From Eledone cirrhosa (Eukaryota), in contig OZ024765.1 of assembly GCA_964016885.1 (NCBI GenBank), positions 16,988,001 to 17,052,000 on the forward strand: a stretch of DNA of 64,000 nt. The letters are read 5' to 3'. Both the position numbers and the translations under genes were made by a program. Positions 29,800-43,530 of this stretch are shown here, piece after piece. How positions within the stretch are numbered: position 1 is the stretch's first letter; every line of letters begins with the position of its first letter. Below the pieces are notes generated by a model. That model made no database searches and was not told where the DNA came from. It saw nothing but the letters and a program-made list of their open reading frames with translations.

Positions 29800-30285
29800 G
29801 TTATCATATACATAAAATTAAATTAAAGATACATATATGTTGCAACTGTTCACTTTTAAGCTCAATGAAGAATTAATAAATTAAAATCAAAAAATCAGAG
29901 CATTATATCATAAATCATGTCTATAGAATCAATCAGATATTAAAATATATACTATTTCTTCTTCTAATTAGCATAATTAACCATATACAAAATCAAATCT
30001 ATCAAGCTTTAAGAATAAATTTTCTTAGGGGAAAATCTCTGACAAACAATTGATCGTAGCCTCTTCGCGGCAGCCCCGTTCCATTATTTATCAAACATTT
30101 CGGCAGCATGCAGAATCCGATCAGATATACCGTCAACCACACACAATTAGTAGTAAAATTAAACTTGGGTTAATTATGCCAATTAGAAGAAGAAATAGTA
30201 TATATTTTAATGTCTGATTGATTCTATAGACATGATTTATAATATATATATATATATATATTCTTGATTTTTTAGTTGATTTAGT

Positions 30286-30330
<45 letters not shown>

Positions 30331-30351
30331 AATATATATATATATATATAT

Positions 30352-30687
30352 ATGCAAAAGTTCTATTTAAATTGTTGGGATACAACAAGCAAATATTTTT
30401 ATAAATGATATAAAGCACTCGACAAGTATTTGGAGTAAATATACGATATTAACAAATGGAAACTATATTTATAAAACCATATCTATTTTATTATACATAT
30501 TTCAAGGATGATGTCTTCCAAAAGTAACGGTTGCATTTTGAAAGGGTATGTCAATATTTATTTATAAAACTGGTTATATATTGTATTTTGTCTGATGAAA
30601 GCATACCATAATTTAACATGGTATCCTTGAAATATGTATAATAAAATAGATATGGTTTTATAAATATAGTTTCCATTTGTTAATATC

Positions 30688-30690
<3 letters not shown>
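30352..30690. mobile_element. H1 element in an inverted arrangement between (TA)n tracts; intact hammerhead motif at 30584-30648 (+)
   Basis: TATTTTGT CTGATGA AAG-C-ATACCAT..ATGGTAT-C-CTT GAAA T ATGT A TA ATAAAATA. Segment 30352-30509 is the reverse complement of the sequence downstream of the motif (compare 53810-53968). Confidence 0.78.
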
Positions 30691-30739
<49 letters not shown>

Positions 30740-31204
30740 AAGGGTAAGGGCAAATACATAAACATATATATATATATATACATTCATACAGATACACTAG
30801 CATACAGAAATCCAAAACAGACGAACATACCGTCAGATTGACAGCGAGGTAGACAGACGGAATGGCAGAAAGAGAATCAGATGTGTGTACGTTTAATATG
30901 GTAACTGTTATATTTCACGCACGAGTGGCAAAAGAGCGAGAGAGAAAAAGCGAGAAATATTAACAGCTTACATGTATATTATGTAGACGCTGGTTGTTGT
31001 CTAGCCAGTTGGTAGTATTAATAATAGGTTAAACAACCACCGCCCCCCCCCCCCAAGAGATGTAATATTAGCTACACAGTTTAAAATACAATACCAATGT
31101 GTCAAGACCTGGAACAGTTTCTTCTTTTGTATCCAAGAATGACGAATCGTGCCAAGAAAGTAACCGAATTGTTTCATATTTTAAAACTGTTCTGCTGAAT
31201 TAAA

Positions 31205-32060
31205 CGGCGATTTGGCAAAGTGGCTTGAACGCTGGATTAAATAATTCAAACTGTTAATTCCGGCTCACATAGTTCTGAGTTCAAATCATCTTTATTTTTG
31301 TTTTAATTCTTTCGGGGTCAATAAGTAAACTTCAAGTCTAGAAGTAGGAGGGGATGGTTGAATCGTTTGTCTATAATTGTTTCTACTTTTGGCACAAGGC
31401 CAGCAATTATCCCAGTGTATTACGGGTACTTTATTTTATCGACCCCGTAAGGATGAAAGGCAAAGTTAACCTCGGCGGGATTTGAACTCAGAATGGCAAG
31501 GGCCGTAACTATGCGTCAAAGCATGGCGTCCGACCCTCTACCAATCCACCATTTTGTCTTTAATAATAATAATTGTTTCTACTTTTGGCACAAGGACAGC
31601 AAAACCCAGTAAATTACTGGTACTTTATTTTATCGACCCCGTAAGGATGAAAGGCAAAGTTAACCTCGGCGGGATTTGAACTCAGCTCGTAAAGGGACGT
31701 AACTGTGCTGCAAAGAATGGCGTCTGACCCTCTGCCAATCCACCCCCCTTAATAATAATAATAATAATAATAATAATGGTTTCTTATATAGGCACAAGGC
31801 CAGCAATTTTGGGGGGAGGGAAAAGTCGATGAAATTGACCCCAGTACGTGACTGGTACTTTATTTTATGGACCCCGTAAAGATGAAAGGCAAAGTTAACC
31901 TCGGCGGGATTTGAACTCAGACCATAAAGGGCCGTAACTCTATGCGTCAAACCATGGCGTCCGACCCTCTGCCGATAATGGTTTCTTATATAGACACAAT
32001 TTGAAGGGATTGAGAAAGTCAATTTAATCGACCCCAGTGCGTGACTGGTACTTTATTTTT
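31205..32060. mobile_element. Cluster of SINE family A copies (one degenerate +, three to four -)
   Basis: Family motifs and (AAT)n tails. Confidence 0.85.
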
Positions 32061-32102
32061 TCTGTATGCAACTATGCATGAAGGTAAATCCTAATTCTAT
32101 AC

Positions 32103-32250
32103 TATATGTATACACATATATATACATACATATATATATACATATATACACCATATACATATACACACATTATACATATACATATATACACATTATACAT
32201 ATACATATATATATATATATAATCATACATATATATATATATATACATAC

Positions 32251-32285
<35 letters not shown>

Positions 32286-32463
32286 CATACATATATATAT
32301 ATATATATACATACATATATATATATACATACATATATATATATATATACATACATATATATATATATATACATACATATATATATATACATACATATAT
32401 ATATATATATACATACATATATATATATATATACATACATATATATATATATATACATACATA

Positions 32464-32500
<37 letters not shown>

Positions 32501-32615
32501 GTACATATACATATATATATATACATATATATGTATATATATACATACATATATATATATATACAAACATATATATGTATATATATATACATACATATAT
32601 ATGTATATATATACA

Positions 32616-32653
<38 letters not shown>

Positions 32654-32654
32654 C

Positions 32655-32697
<43 letters not shown>

Positions 32698-32830
32698 CAT
32701 ACATATATATATATATATACATACATATATATATATATATACATACATATATATATATATATACATACATATATATATATATATACATACATATATATAT
32801 ATATATACATACATATATATATATACATAC

Positions 32831-32863
<33 letters not shown>

Positions 32864-32956
32864 CATACATATATATATATATATACATACATATATATAT
32901 ATATATACATACATATATATATATATATACATACATATATATATATATATACATAC

Positions 32957-32995
<39 letters not shown>

Positions 32996-33318
32996 CATAC
33001 ATATATATATACATATACATACATATATATATACATATACATACATATATATATATACATACATATATATATATACATACATATATATATACATATATAT
33101 ATATATACATACATATATATATATATACATACATATATATATATATACATACATATATATATATATACATACATATATATATATATATACATACATATAT
33201 ATATATATATACATACATATATATATATACATACATACATATATATATATACATACATATATATATACATACATATATATATACATACATATATATATAC
33301 ATACATATATATATATAC

Positions 33319-33365
<47 letters not shown>

Positions 33366-33430
33366 CATACATATATATATACATACATATATATATACAT
33401 ACATATATATATACATACATATATATATAC

Positions 33431-33463
<33 letters not shown>

Positions 33464-33489
33464 CATACATATATATATATATACATACA

Positions 33490-33543
<54 letters not shown>

Positions 33544-33548
33544 CATAC

Positions 33549-33585
<37 letters not shown>

Positions 33586-33609
33586 CATACATATATATAT
33601 ATACATACA

Positions 33610-33645
<36 letters not shown>

Positions 33646-33732
33646 CATACATATATATATATACATACATATATATATATACATACATATATATATATAC
33701 ATACATATATATATATATATACATATATATAT
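32103..33732. repeat. ~1.6-kb (TA)n/(TACA)n array
   Basis: Seen directly. Confidence 0.98.
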
Positions 33733-33949
33733 CAACTAGAAATTGATTGACATATATATATATTTAAAATAAACACATGAAACACTCACAGGGGATAATT
33801 TGTAAAGTGTGTAATCACACATAGCTAGGTAGGTAACTAATTAAAGTTTAACTAGAGCTTCAAATATTACCTTTTTAAAAAATGATTAATCATTTTTTAA
33901 AAAGGTAATATTTGAATCTCTGACGACAACTATGGATCTCCCTGGCTTG

Positions 33950-35670
33950 AGGTCCCGCATCAGGTTGCCCGTGAACCCTTACAACAACGTGGAGATCAAA
34001 GTTCACTGGTTTTCTATGAATATGGCTGCGACTGTGGCTCCTGGGACCAAATTTGCTCAAGCAAATCTTTCCACACTCAGGGCACTTCAATTCAATGAAG
34101 ACACCGATCGTTTCGAGAGATACACCGGGGCATTGCTTACGCACATCTCGTTTGATCTTCTCGTGCTTTATGCGTCTGTCCTCAAAATTATGGACCCCAT
34201 CATTTACCATTCCAGGCTAAGTTTCTCTTTCAACAGCTTTTATCTCCCAGTCAGCAATCATCAAACCAGTTTTTTTTTTCAATAAGTCCTTTACAAAATC
34301 CTCGAATCGGAGCCTTGGCTTGAGAGGTGGTCTCTTACCATCACAAAGCTCTCCATACAAGAGTTGTTTTGGGATTCGATCATCCTCCATTCTGCAGAGG
34401 TGTCCGGTCCATCGCAAACCCCGTTGGTGGATGATACTCTCAATGCTCCGACACTCACTTCTCAAGGACCTCAACATCACTCACATGCATCTGCCACTTG
34501 ATACCGAGTATCTTTCTGAGACACTGCTGGTGAAACCGTTCCAGTTCTGTGGATATGCCGTTTGTAGGTGACCCATGTCTCACATGCATACAGTAAAGCT
34601 GACAGTACACATGCAGCATACACTCTCACCTTGGTCCTGATTGTGATTCCTCGCTTGCACCAAAGACTGTCGTTGAGCTTTCCAAATGACTCACTTGCCT
34701 TACTAACACGTAGACCAACTTCTGCATCCAGAGAGCAGGCCACACTCAGAGTACTCCCCAAATACACAAATGTGTCAGCAGCCTTCAGCTTTTGATCGTA
34801 TATGTATATGGAGGGTTCATTGAAAACTTTATCCGGAGCAGGTTGGTACATGACGACAGTCTTCTTCAGACCGATTGTCAGTCCCAAATCACTGCACGCA
34901 TTGGAAAAAAAATCCATAAGGTGCTGCATGTCACTCTGGGAGTGAGCAAAGAGATCACAATCATCTGCATATAACAATTCTCTGATCATCATTCTCTGAT
35001 CAAAGTACCTTAGTGTTGGCAGTGAGACGCCTAAGGTTAAACAGCTTGCCGAAAGTGCGATATCTGAGATAGATACCGTGTTGGCAATCCCTGAAGGCTA
35101 TGAAGAACACTATTGCGAAATACAAGGCAAACAAAGTTGGTGCAGGGATATCACCATTTTCAACTGAGATTGGCTCAGACAGATTACCTCCAACATTCAC
35201 CCATGCCTGCATGTCATCGTGGAAGTGTTTCAGAATGTTCACAAACCTTTCAGGACAGCCCAATATCTCCCAAATAACCCACAAAGCCTTCCGATTAACG
35301 GTGTCAAATGCCTTGGTCAGATCGACAAACACTTGCTATAAGTCCATGCGCTGCTCAATGCATTTCTCTTGAAGTTGTTTGGCCGAGAAGATCATGTCAA
35401 CAGTGCCTCTGCCATTCCTAAAGCCACATTGGGACTCGGGAAGTACTTCAACAGCAATGTGCTGTATCAATCTGTCCAACAATATCCTGCACAAGATCTT
35501 CCCAGCCTCAGATAGCAGTGAAATACATCTGTAGTTGCCACATCACTTTTATCTCCCTTTCCTTTGTAAAGTACCACCATCAATGTATCTTTCCAATCCT
35601 GTGGCACATCTTCTATATTCCAAACATTCACAAAGAGATCAGTGACGCGGTTTAAGAAGTTATCACCACA
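33950..35670 (-). pseudogene. RTE-clade (BovB-like) LINE relic: frameshifted reverse transcriptase and C-terminal C2H2 finger, 5'-truncated
   Basis: Consecutive minus-strand ORF fragments: VPQDWKDTLMVVLYKGKGDKSD; FVDLTKAFDTVNR..LGCPERFVNI; RELLYADD..FVYLGS..LLYACETW; LRWTGHLCRMEDDRIPKQLLYGEL..GKRP; CPECGKICLSKFGPRSHSRSH. Confidence 0.93.
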
Positions 35671-36093
35671 TGTCCATAGTATCAGAGCTGTGATCTCTGA
35701 ATTCGGAGAAGTAGCAGCTCTACCTGGAGTGACTCTGATCTCCGAGCTACAAATCTGTCCAGCAATACTTTCCTGAGACATTCTAACCAGAAGTCATAGT
35801 ATTGGAGCTGTGATCTCTCAATTCGGAAAGTAGCAGCTCTACCTGGAGTGACTCTCTGATCTCCGAGCTACAAATCTGTCTGACGATGCGTTCCTGAGAC
35901 ATTCTAACCACAAGTCATAGTATCGGAGCTGTGATCTCTCAATTCGGAGAAGTAGCAACTCTACCTGGAATGACTCTCTGATCTCTGAGCTACAAATCTG
36001 TCCAGCGATGATTTCCTGAGACATTTTAACCACAAGTCATAGTATTGGAGCTGTGATCTCCCACATTCGTAGAAGTAGCGACTCTACCTGGAG
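35665..36093 (-). repeat. Second array (~3.5 x 120-122 bp) of the Rex3-like-derived unit
   Basis: Same unit and same junction (GAGCTA[C/T]AAATCTG) as 28417-29140. Confidence 0.9.
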
Positions 36094-36329
36094 GTAATTG
36101 CTGGCCTTGTGTCTAAATTAGACATCCTTATGCTATCCGTTCTTTTCTGCCCTAAGCTCAAATAACCCCCAGTTCAAGGTCAAATTTGATCCTATCAGGG
36201 ATTGAAGAAATTTCCAGTTCAGAAACGAGAGATTAGTAGATGTTCCATTTAAACCGTGAAGAGGCGAACTTGATATGATGTCATACTAAACCTCTCTCTA
36301 CCAAATAGCTTTTCATGCGTGAATACCTG

Positions 36330-36381
36330 TTTATATGCATGTGTGTATGTACAGGGGTATGTTTGTGCGTAACTGGGTGTG

Positions 36382-36424
<43 letters not shown>

Positions 36425-36790
36425 GTGTGTATATATATGCATGTGTATGTTTGTGTGTAACTAGGTGTGTATAATATATATACATGTGTATATATATATA
36501 TATATGCATGTGTGTATATATATGCATGCGTGTATATATATATATGCATGCGTATATATATATATATATGCATGTGTGTATATATTTGCATGTATGCATA
36601 TGCAAGTGTATATTTGTCTATGTATGTGTGTATCCGTGTGCGTATATCTTCGCTTGTCTATAATGTATCTACATGTGTATTTTATGTATGTAAGTATGCT
36701 CGTGTGTGCATGTTTGTATGTATGAAGTGTCTAAATATATGTGTGTGTGTGTATGTGTATATCTTTATATATATATATATATATATGTGC

Positions 36791-36824
<34 letters not shown>

Positions 36825-36837
36825 GTATTTATATATA

Positions 36838-36869
<32 letters not shown>

Positions 36870-37037
36870 CATATATTTTATAAATATATATATTTGTATA
36901 TATCTGTGTGTGTGTGTGTGTGTTTATTTATGTATATATATATATATATATATGTATTTATATATATATATGTATATATATATACACACACATGTGTGTA
37001 CGTGTGTGCGCATACACACACATATACATGTGTGTGT
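36330..37037. repeat. (TA)n/(TG)n compound microsatellite
   Basis: Seen directly. Confidence 0.93.
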
Positions 37038-37367
37038 TAAGTTCTCACCTCAACCTGCTGATTTACCGTTGGACCGAACTGTTACTGGAAAATTCTTCTG
37101 CCAATAACCTCTCGTCATTACTCGTGGTTTCTCGCATTCATACTGAACTGAACTCTATTGAACATAACTGCCTTCCTTGGCTTATACTAAGTATTACATA
37201 TTCCTCTTCACCATCGCCATCACATCAACACCTCCTCATCACCGCCATAACCGCATTGCCATAAATACTTTACGCGTTTTGGACAATCAACAAACAGGTT
37301 GATAATTTTCCAAAATTCCTGATAAAATACAACACTGACGACCAACTAACATCAGCATTAAGACAAC

Positions 37368-37632
37368 GAGAGAGAGAGAGAGAGAGAGATAGAGAGAGAG
37401 AGAAAGAGAGAGAGAAAGAGAGAAAGAGGGAAAGAGATAGAGAGGGAAGGAAAGAGATAGAAAGATAGAGAGGGAAGGAAAGAGATAGAAAGAGAGAGAG
37501 AGAAAGAGAGGGAGAGAGAGAAAGAGAGGGAGAGAGAAAAAGAGAGAGAGAGAGAAAGAAAGAGAGAGAGAGAAAGAAAGAGAGAAAGAGAGAAAGATAG
37601 AGAGAGAGAGTGAAAGATAGAGAGAGAGTGAG
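37368..37632. repeat. (GA)n-rich polypurine tract
   Basis: Seen directly. Confidence 0.95.
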
Positions 37633-38079
37633 ATTTAAAGCATTTTTCGCAGCTCCGCCCTGCCTGTCCCTTCAATCTATCTTATTTCTCATTCTTTCTT
37701 ATGATGAAGAACTAGCGTCCGAAACGTTAAGACTCTCTTCCTGCTATTTCAAGCGTTAACCTAATATATTCCTTCCATATACTGTACGATTGTGTTGTTA
37801 TTTCTTTTTACACACACACACACGCACACACACACATACACACACATACATATATATATAGGGGGCGTGTTGGTGTAATGGTAACACATTGGTCCGGCAA
37901 ACCAAATATGTGGTTTTGTGTCCCATGTACGTCAATACTCAACCTTTTTTCCATTCAGAGGGTTTTAAAATCCCAAATAACAGACTAACTCTATTTAGTC
38001 AAATACGCTAGCTTTTGTAAACAAAGCCTGCTTTTTGTCTCTCTATGTATGTATGTATGTATGTATGTATGTATGTATG

Positions 38080-38462
38080 TCACCAGTTGGTGCTACTGGT
38101 AACATGTATCCCAGTACAACCTGACCCATGGTCGGGTCGTTGGCGACTAAACTGGCAACCCCACCAAGGTTTCTTGGTGAGGAGGGTGACTTTGGACATC
38201 CTGCAGGACTAAAAACAAGACGTGTCAAAGGGCAAAGGAGCTCTTAAGAGTCAATGGCCATCCAAAATCACCGGGAGAGATGACCCCTTAGCCTTTGTCA
38301 AGGCAGAATTCTAGGAGAAGGAAAACTTCTGTTCCATTAATGGATTGTACTTGTAGTTTCCTAACTAGTTGTGTTCTTTCTGTTCCTGTGAAGCCTAGCT
38401 TCTCAAGATTTGTATTGAGGCAGTTACTAACATAACCCAGTGCCCCAATGTATGTATGTATG

Positions 38463-38493
<31 letters not shown>

Positions 38494-38901
38494 GGGGAGA
38501 TATGACCCCTCAGCCTTTGTCAAGGCAGAATTCTAGAAGGAAAACTTCTGATATAACACCTGCAACCCTGATGGTATCCAATGATGTTGACTTGTTCTTT
38601 TTGGTAAATATCATCTTGGTTAAGAGAGTGGGACTGGCTTTGTGCAGTGCCTTTGCTCACTATAAAAGCTTCACGGCACAGGCATTGCTTTATATCTGGA
38701 GATCTCTCTGCACTTGTCGTCACATGGAACCATGGGCCCAACACTATGTGTCAATAATTGTCACAAGTGTAGTGTTTGTACCAGAGTTTTCAAGTCGCTG
38801 GCTGGACTAAAAAGTCACACTCGTTCAGCGCATCGGTGGAGGTTCTCCTACATGGATATAAAGTAGTGGCCGTACTCGAAAACGAGTTGGCAGCCATCAT
38901 G
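38080..38901 (+). mobile_element. Non-autonomous ~600-bp RTE-derived element, interrupted at 38331-38495
   Basis: Reverse complement of 39413-40020. The 3' part encodes [22 protein letters not shown], a C2H2 finger like RTE C-termini. It begins and ends in (TATG)/(TA) repeats. Confidence 0.75.
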
Positions 38902-38976
38902 TATATATATATATATATGTATGTGTGTGTCTAGTGGTATCTTTTCATTGAGATATGTATATTCGTGACAAATTTA

Positions 38977-39034
<58 letters not shown>

Positions 39035-39265
39035 AGCTCACACCTATGCAGGATTAGCTGGCCACCTCCAAGCTATACCCGCTGGAGGTGAATTGGGTAA
39101 TTTAATGATAGGGACCCCAGTCCTATCATCTCATTTCTACAGCTGAGTAAACTGGGACAACGTGAATAAAGTGTCTTGCTCAAGGAAACAACACATCACC
39201 CGGTCTGAGAATTGAACTCACAACCTTCGATTGCAAGCCCTAACCACTAATCCATGCGCCTTCAC
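39035..39265 (-). mobile_element. SINE family B-type (CORE-like) with a different 3' tail
   Basis: Minus strand: TGAAGGCGCATGG head, GAGTTCAATTC, TCCTTGAGCAAGACACTTTATTCACGTTG..CAGCTGTAGAAATGAG. Confidence 0.78.
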
Positions 39266-39332
39266 ATATGTATGTGTGTATGTATATATATGTATATATA
39301 TATATATATATATATACATATATACACACACA

Positions 39333-39394
<62 letters not shown>

Positions 39395-39412
39395 CATATA
39401 TTTTATATATAT

Positions 39413-40020
39413 ATGGTGGCTGCCAACTTGTTTTCGAGTATGGCCACTACTTTATATCCATGTAGGAGAACTCCTACCGATGCGCTGAACGAATGTGACT
39501 TTAGTCCAGCCAGCGACTTGAAAACTCTGGTACAAACACTACACCTGTGACAATTATTGACACATAGTGCTGGGCCCATGGTACCATGTGACGACAAGTG
39601 CAGAGAGATCTCCAGATATAAAGCAATGCCTGTGCCGCGAAGCTTTTATAGTGAGCAAAGACACTGCACAAAGCCAGTCCCACTCTCTTAACCAAGATGA
39701 TATTTACCAAAAAGAAGAACAAGTCAACATCATTGGATACCATCAGAGTTGCAGGTGTTATATCAGAGTTTTCCTTCTCCTAGAATTCTGCCTTGACAAA
39801 GGCTAAGGGGTCATCTCTCCCGCTGATTTTGGATGGCCATTGACTCTTAAGAGCTCCTTTGCCCTTTGACAGGTTTTGTTTTTAGTCCTGCAGGATGTCC
39901 AAAGTCACCCTCCTCACCAAGAAACCTTAGTGGGGTTGCCAGTTTAGTCGCCAACGACCCGACCATGAGACAGTTTGTACTGGGATACATGTTACCAGTA
40001 GCACCAACTGGTGACCTGAC
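39413..40020 (-). mobile_element. Uninterrupted copy (~607 bp) of the non-autonomous RTE-derived element
   Basis: High identity to 38080-38901 in inverted orientation, with (TA)n on both sides. Confidence 0.78.
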
Positions 40021-40070
40021 ATATATATATATATATATATACGGGTGTGTATGATCGTTTATAGAACATT

Positions 40071-40336
40071 ATATTAATAAAAGAAATTCTAACTTTGTCT
40101 GATTTACTCGTTTTATTAACAATCCTTTAAAATTATAATGATATTATAATGAAATAGTATGGTACAATATTAAATGTTAATTGAACAAGTACTTTAATGC
40201 TTTCGCAATTAACATTTAATATTCAATTAACATTTAATATTCTACAATACTATTTCATTATAATATCATTATAATTTTAAAAGATTGTTAATAAAACGAG
40301 TAAATCAGACAAAGTTAGAATTTCTTTTATTAATAT
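40071..40336. repeat. Inverted repeat with ~115-bp arms
   Basis: ATATTAATAAAAGAAATTCTAACTTTG...AATTGAA / TTCAATT...CAAAGTTAGAATTTCTTTTATTAATAT. Confidence 0.9.
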
Positions 40337-40594
40337 ATATATTAATAAAATTATATATATATAATTTTGGGACTAGAAAATCATCAGCCTGGAGGTATTA
40401 TTCCAAGTTTCAATGTACTGAGACACCTGGAAATATAAGAGAAGAGTGCGGATGGACTGGAATGATACGAACTAATAACATGATTTGCTTAAGGACACAA
40501 CTCGTAGACCACAAAATAGAACAAAGTCCAACCACCACCCCATTCCTACACGATTATGAGAACAACAGATTAACCATTCGGCTTCATATTTTCA

Positions 40595-41510
40595 GTGGTG
40601 GTGAGTGGCGTAGTGGTAAATGTGTGGGACTAACCACACAAAATGTCGTACGTTCGATTCCTGAGCAAGGTAGTGTGTTGTATTCTTGAGCAAAGCACTT
40701 CACTTCATGTTACTCCAGTGTACTCAGCTGAAAATGAATACCAGTAATAGCTAGAGGTTTCAATTTGTGAAGGATAGACGTCCTGTCCGGGGGGCGTCTT
40801 ATTCTCTAAGTCGCGTAATGCCATAAAAAAGGGATAAGTACCTTTCTAATGAAGGTCCTGACTCGAGACAACTTTAGACTTTAATTTAGATCACATGACT
40901 TCATTGTATGTGATCCCTCACCACCATCTGATTATGAAAACAACAAAATGGTTTCTGATTTAGACACAAAGCGGGTGGCTTAGGGGTAAGTGTGTTGGAC
41001 TTGCGAACATAATGTCACAGGTACGATTCTTGGACCGGCTGTTGTCTTGTGTAAATTGGTTCCCGATTTAGACACAAGGCCAACAATTCTGGGGGAGGGG
41101 AATTCGATTATATCGACCCCAGTCTGTTACTGGTACCCTAATTTATCAACCCACAAAGGATGAAAGGCAAAGCTAACCTCGGTGGGTTTTAACTTAAAAC
41201 GTAAAGGGCCGTAACTATGCTGCAAAGCATATTGTACAATGTTCTACCAATACTGCCACTAATATTGGTTTCCGATTTAGGCAGAGGCCAACAATTTTGG
41301 AAGGACTGGGTGGGGTTGGGATGGGGTCAAAGTCGATTAAATCTACCTCAGTGCATTACTGGTGCTCTATTTTACCGACCCCCTAAGGATGAAAAGCAAA
41401 GCTAATCTCGGCGGGATTGGAAATTAGAACGTAAAGAGACGTTACTCTACACCGCAAAGCATGTTACTCTATCGATTTGACGCTCTAGCGATTCTACTGC
41501 CAAACCTCTG
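40595..41510. mobile_element. SINE B (+, 40595-40885), SINE-head monomer (40950-41075) and two diverged SINE A copies (-)
   Basis: Family motifs as above. Confidence 0.75.
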
Positions 41511-41559
41511 CCCTGAGGGAACCAGCAACTAACCACAACCCTCCCAGTACCGGTTGCGC

Positions 41560-42715
41560 TCCGACAGGTTTGTAGCAGTGCCCTTGGCAGTGGAGACTTC
41601 TGGTGCCCTTGGCCGTAGGGCTACCTCCCTACGTGCCACCACAGGCACTGAGCTGGCTACTCCTAGCATCATCATCATCATCACTCGTCGACTACTGTCG
41701 AGATGATGGATCTCACTCTCATGCCCCAGAATCCCCTGTCCCCCATCGCTGCCCCCAGGTCCTGTCTGCTGATTCCAGTATCCTGCGAGATAACGCCAGG
41801 CAAATGACAGCCTCCTACTCCTAGTCAGTGGAGACTTCTTGTGCCCTTGGTTCTAGGGCTACCTCCCTACGTACCACCACAGGCACTGAGCTGGCTACTC
41901 CTAGCAGTGGAGACTTCTGGTGTCCTTGGCCCTAGGGCTACCTCCCTACGTACCACTACAGGCACTGAGCTGGCTACTCCTAGCAGTGAAGACTTCTGGT
42001 GTCCTTAGCCCTAGGGCTACCTCCCGCCCTTCTCACCACCAAAGGCGCTGAGCTGGAAAACCGTAGGGGTGAGCCCCGCGAGTTGGAATGGCTCTTCCAG
42101 CGCATCTCCCTTACCATCCTCCGGGGAAACGCCTTCTCCATTCTGTTCCCTGGGACTGTGGGAAGGCCAGCACGTGGGGCCCCATTTACTCAGCATACAG
42201 AGAGATGAGGAGGGCGAGCGAGATGGAGGCGATGACAGTGGGAGTTCGGCTCCTCTGTGTTCGGACCTATTGTACATGTGAGATGGAGGTGATGGCGAGA
42301 GGGATGGAGGTGATGACAGTGGGAGTTCGGCCCCTCTGTGTTCGAACCTATTGAACATGTGAGATGGAGGTGATGGCGATAGGGATGGAGGTGATGGCGA
42401 TAGGGATGGAGGTGAGGGCGAGAGAGATGGAGGTGAGGGCGAGAGGGATGGAGGTGAGGGCGAGAGGGATGGAGGTGAGGGCGAGAGGGATGGAGGTGAG
42501 GGCGAGAGAGATGGAGGTGAGGGCGAGAGAGATGGAGGTGAGGGCGAGATGGATGGAGCCGATGACAGTGGGAGTTCGGCCCCTCTGTGTTCGGACCTAT
42601 TGTACATGTGAGATGGAGGTGAGGGCGAGAAGAGATTGAGGTGAGGGCGAGAAGAGATGGAGGCGATGACAGTGGGAGTATGGCTCTTCCACGTTCGGAC
42701 CATATCCTTGTGGTT
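41560..42715 (+). mobile_element. 3' end of a CRE-clade (restriction-like endonuclease) non-LTR retrotransposon, with a 79-bp tandem and a 21-bp minisatellite
   Basis: FVAVPLAVETSGALG..GAELENRRGEPRELEWLFQRISLTILRGNAFSIL matches the CRE-type terminal motif (P.AVET.G..G...LFQR.S..I.RGNA). The 79-bp unit lies at 41826-42030 and (GATGGAGGTGAGGGCGAGAGG)n at 42360-42550. Confidence 0.75.
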
Positions 42716-43149
42716 GTGTTTAGAAGTAATTCTATTCTATTCTATGACTAAATCCTCCCACGTGCCTCTTCGTGAGCCGAACACCAACAACAGCAAGCCA
42801 CTCGCGCAACAAACGGCGATAACAAGCCACAACAACACTAAGCTACGTGACTTCACTGTCTGTGATTTCCTATCTCCCCATTCAACCTCTCCCATCTTTC
42901 ATTCATATGATGATATCAATTACAGTCAACAAATACAAAAACAAGACATTCTGGCGTCTCAATAATTGCAACGTGTTTCTGAACGGGATTCATCAGATTT
43001 GTAGGTGGAAAACACAGCTGACCTTCTTAGCAAGTCTTTAATGTTTAATGTATAGATTGTAGCCATAATTGGAAGAGTAAGCATTCAACTGTCACTGACT
43101 ATACGTGGGGGAGTATGTATACGTATATAATTTTGTTTAATGATACCTT

Positions 43150-43151
<2 letters not shown>

Positions 43152-43235
<84 letters not shown>

Positions 43236-43441
43236 ATATATATATATATATATTATATATAATATATATATATATATATACATATAATATATATATATAT
43301 ACATATAATATATATATATACATATATATATGTATATACATATATATAATATATATATATATATATACACATATATAAATGTATATACATATATATATAT
43401 AATATATATATATATATATACACATATATAAATGTATATAC

Positions 43442-43483
<42 letters not shown>

Positions 43484-43497
43484 CATTTATATAAATG

Positions 43498-43530
<33 letters not shown>

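Noticed and set aside
33890-35781. RT-containing ORFs as an active element or domesticated gene
   Set aside because: Multiple frameshifts and stops, no endonuclease domain, and 5' truncation.
42017-42703. 228-aa Ser/Pro-rich (extensin-like) ORF
   Set aside because: It is the antisense translation of a 21-bp minisatellite in a retrotransposon 3' region.
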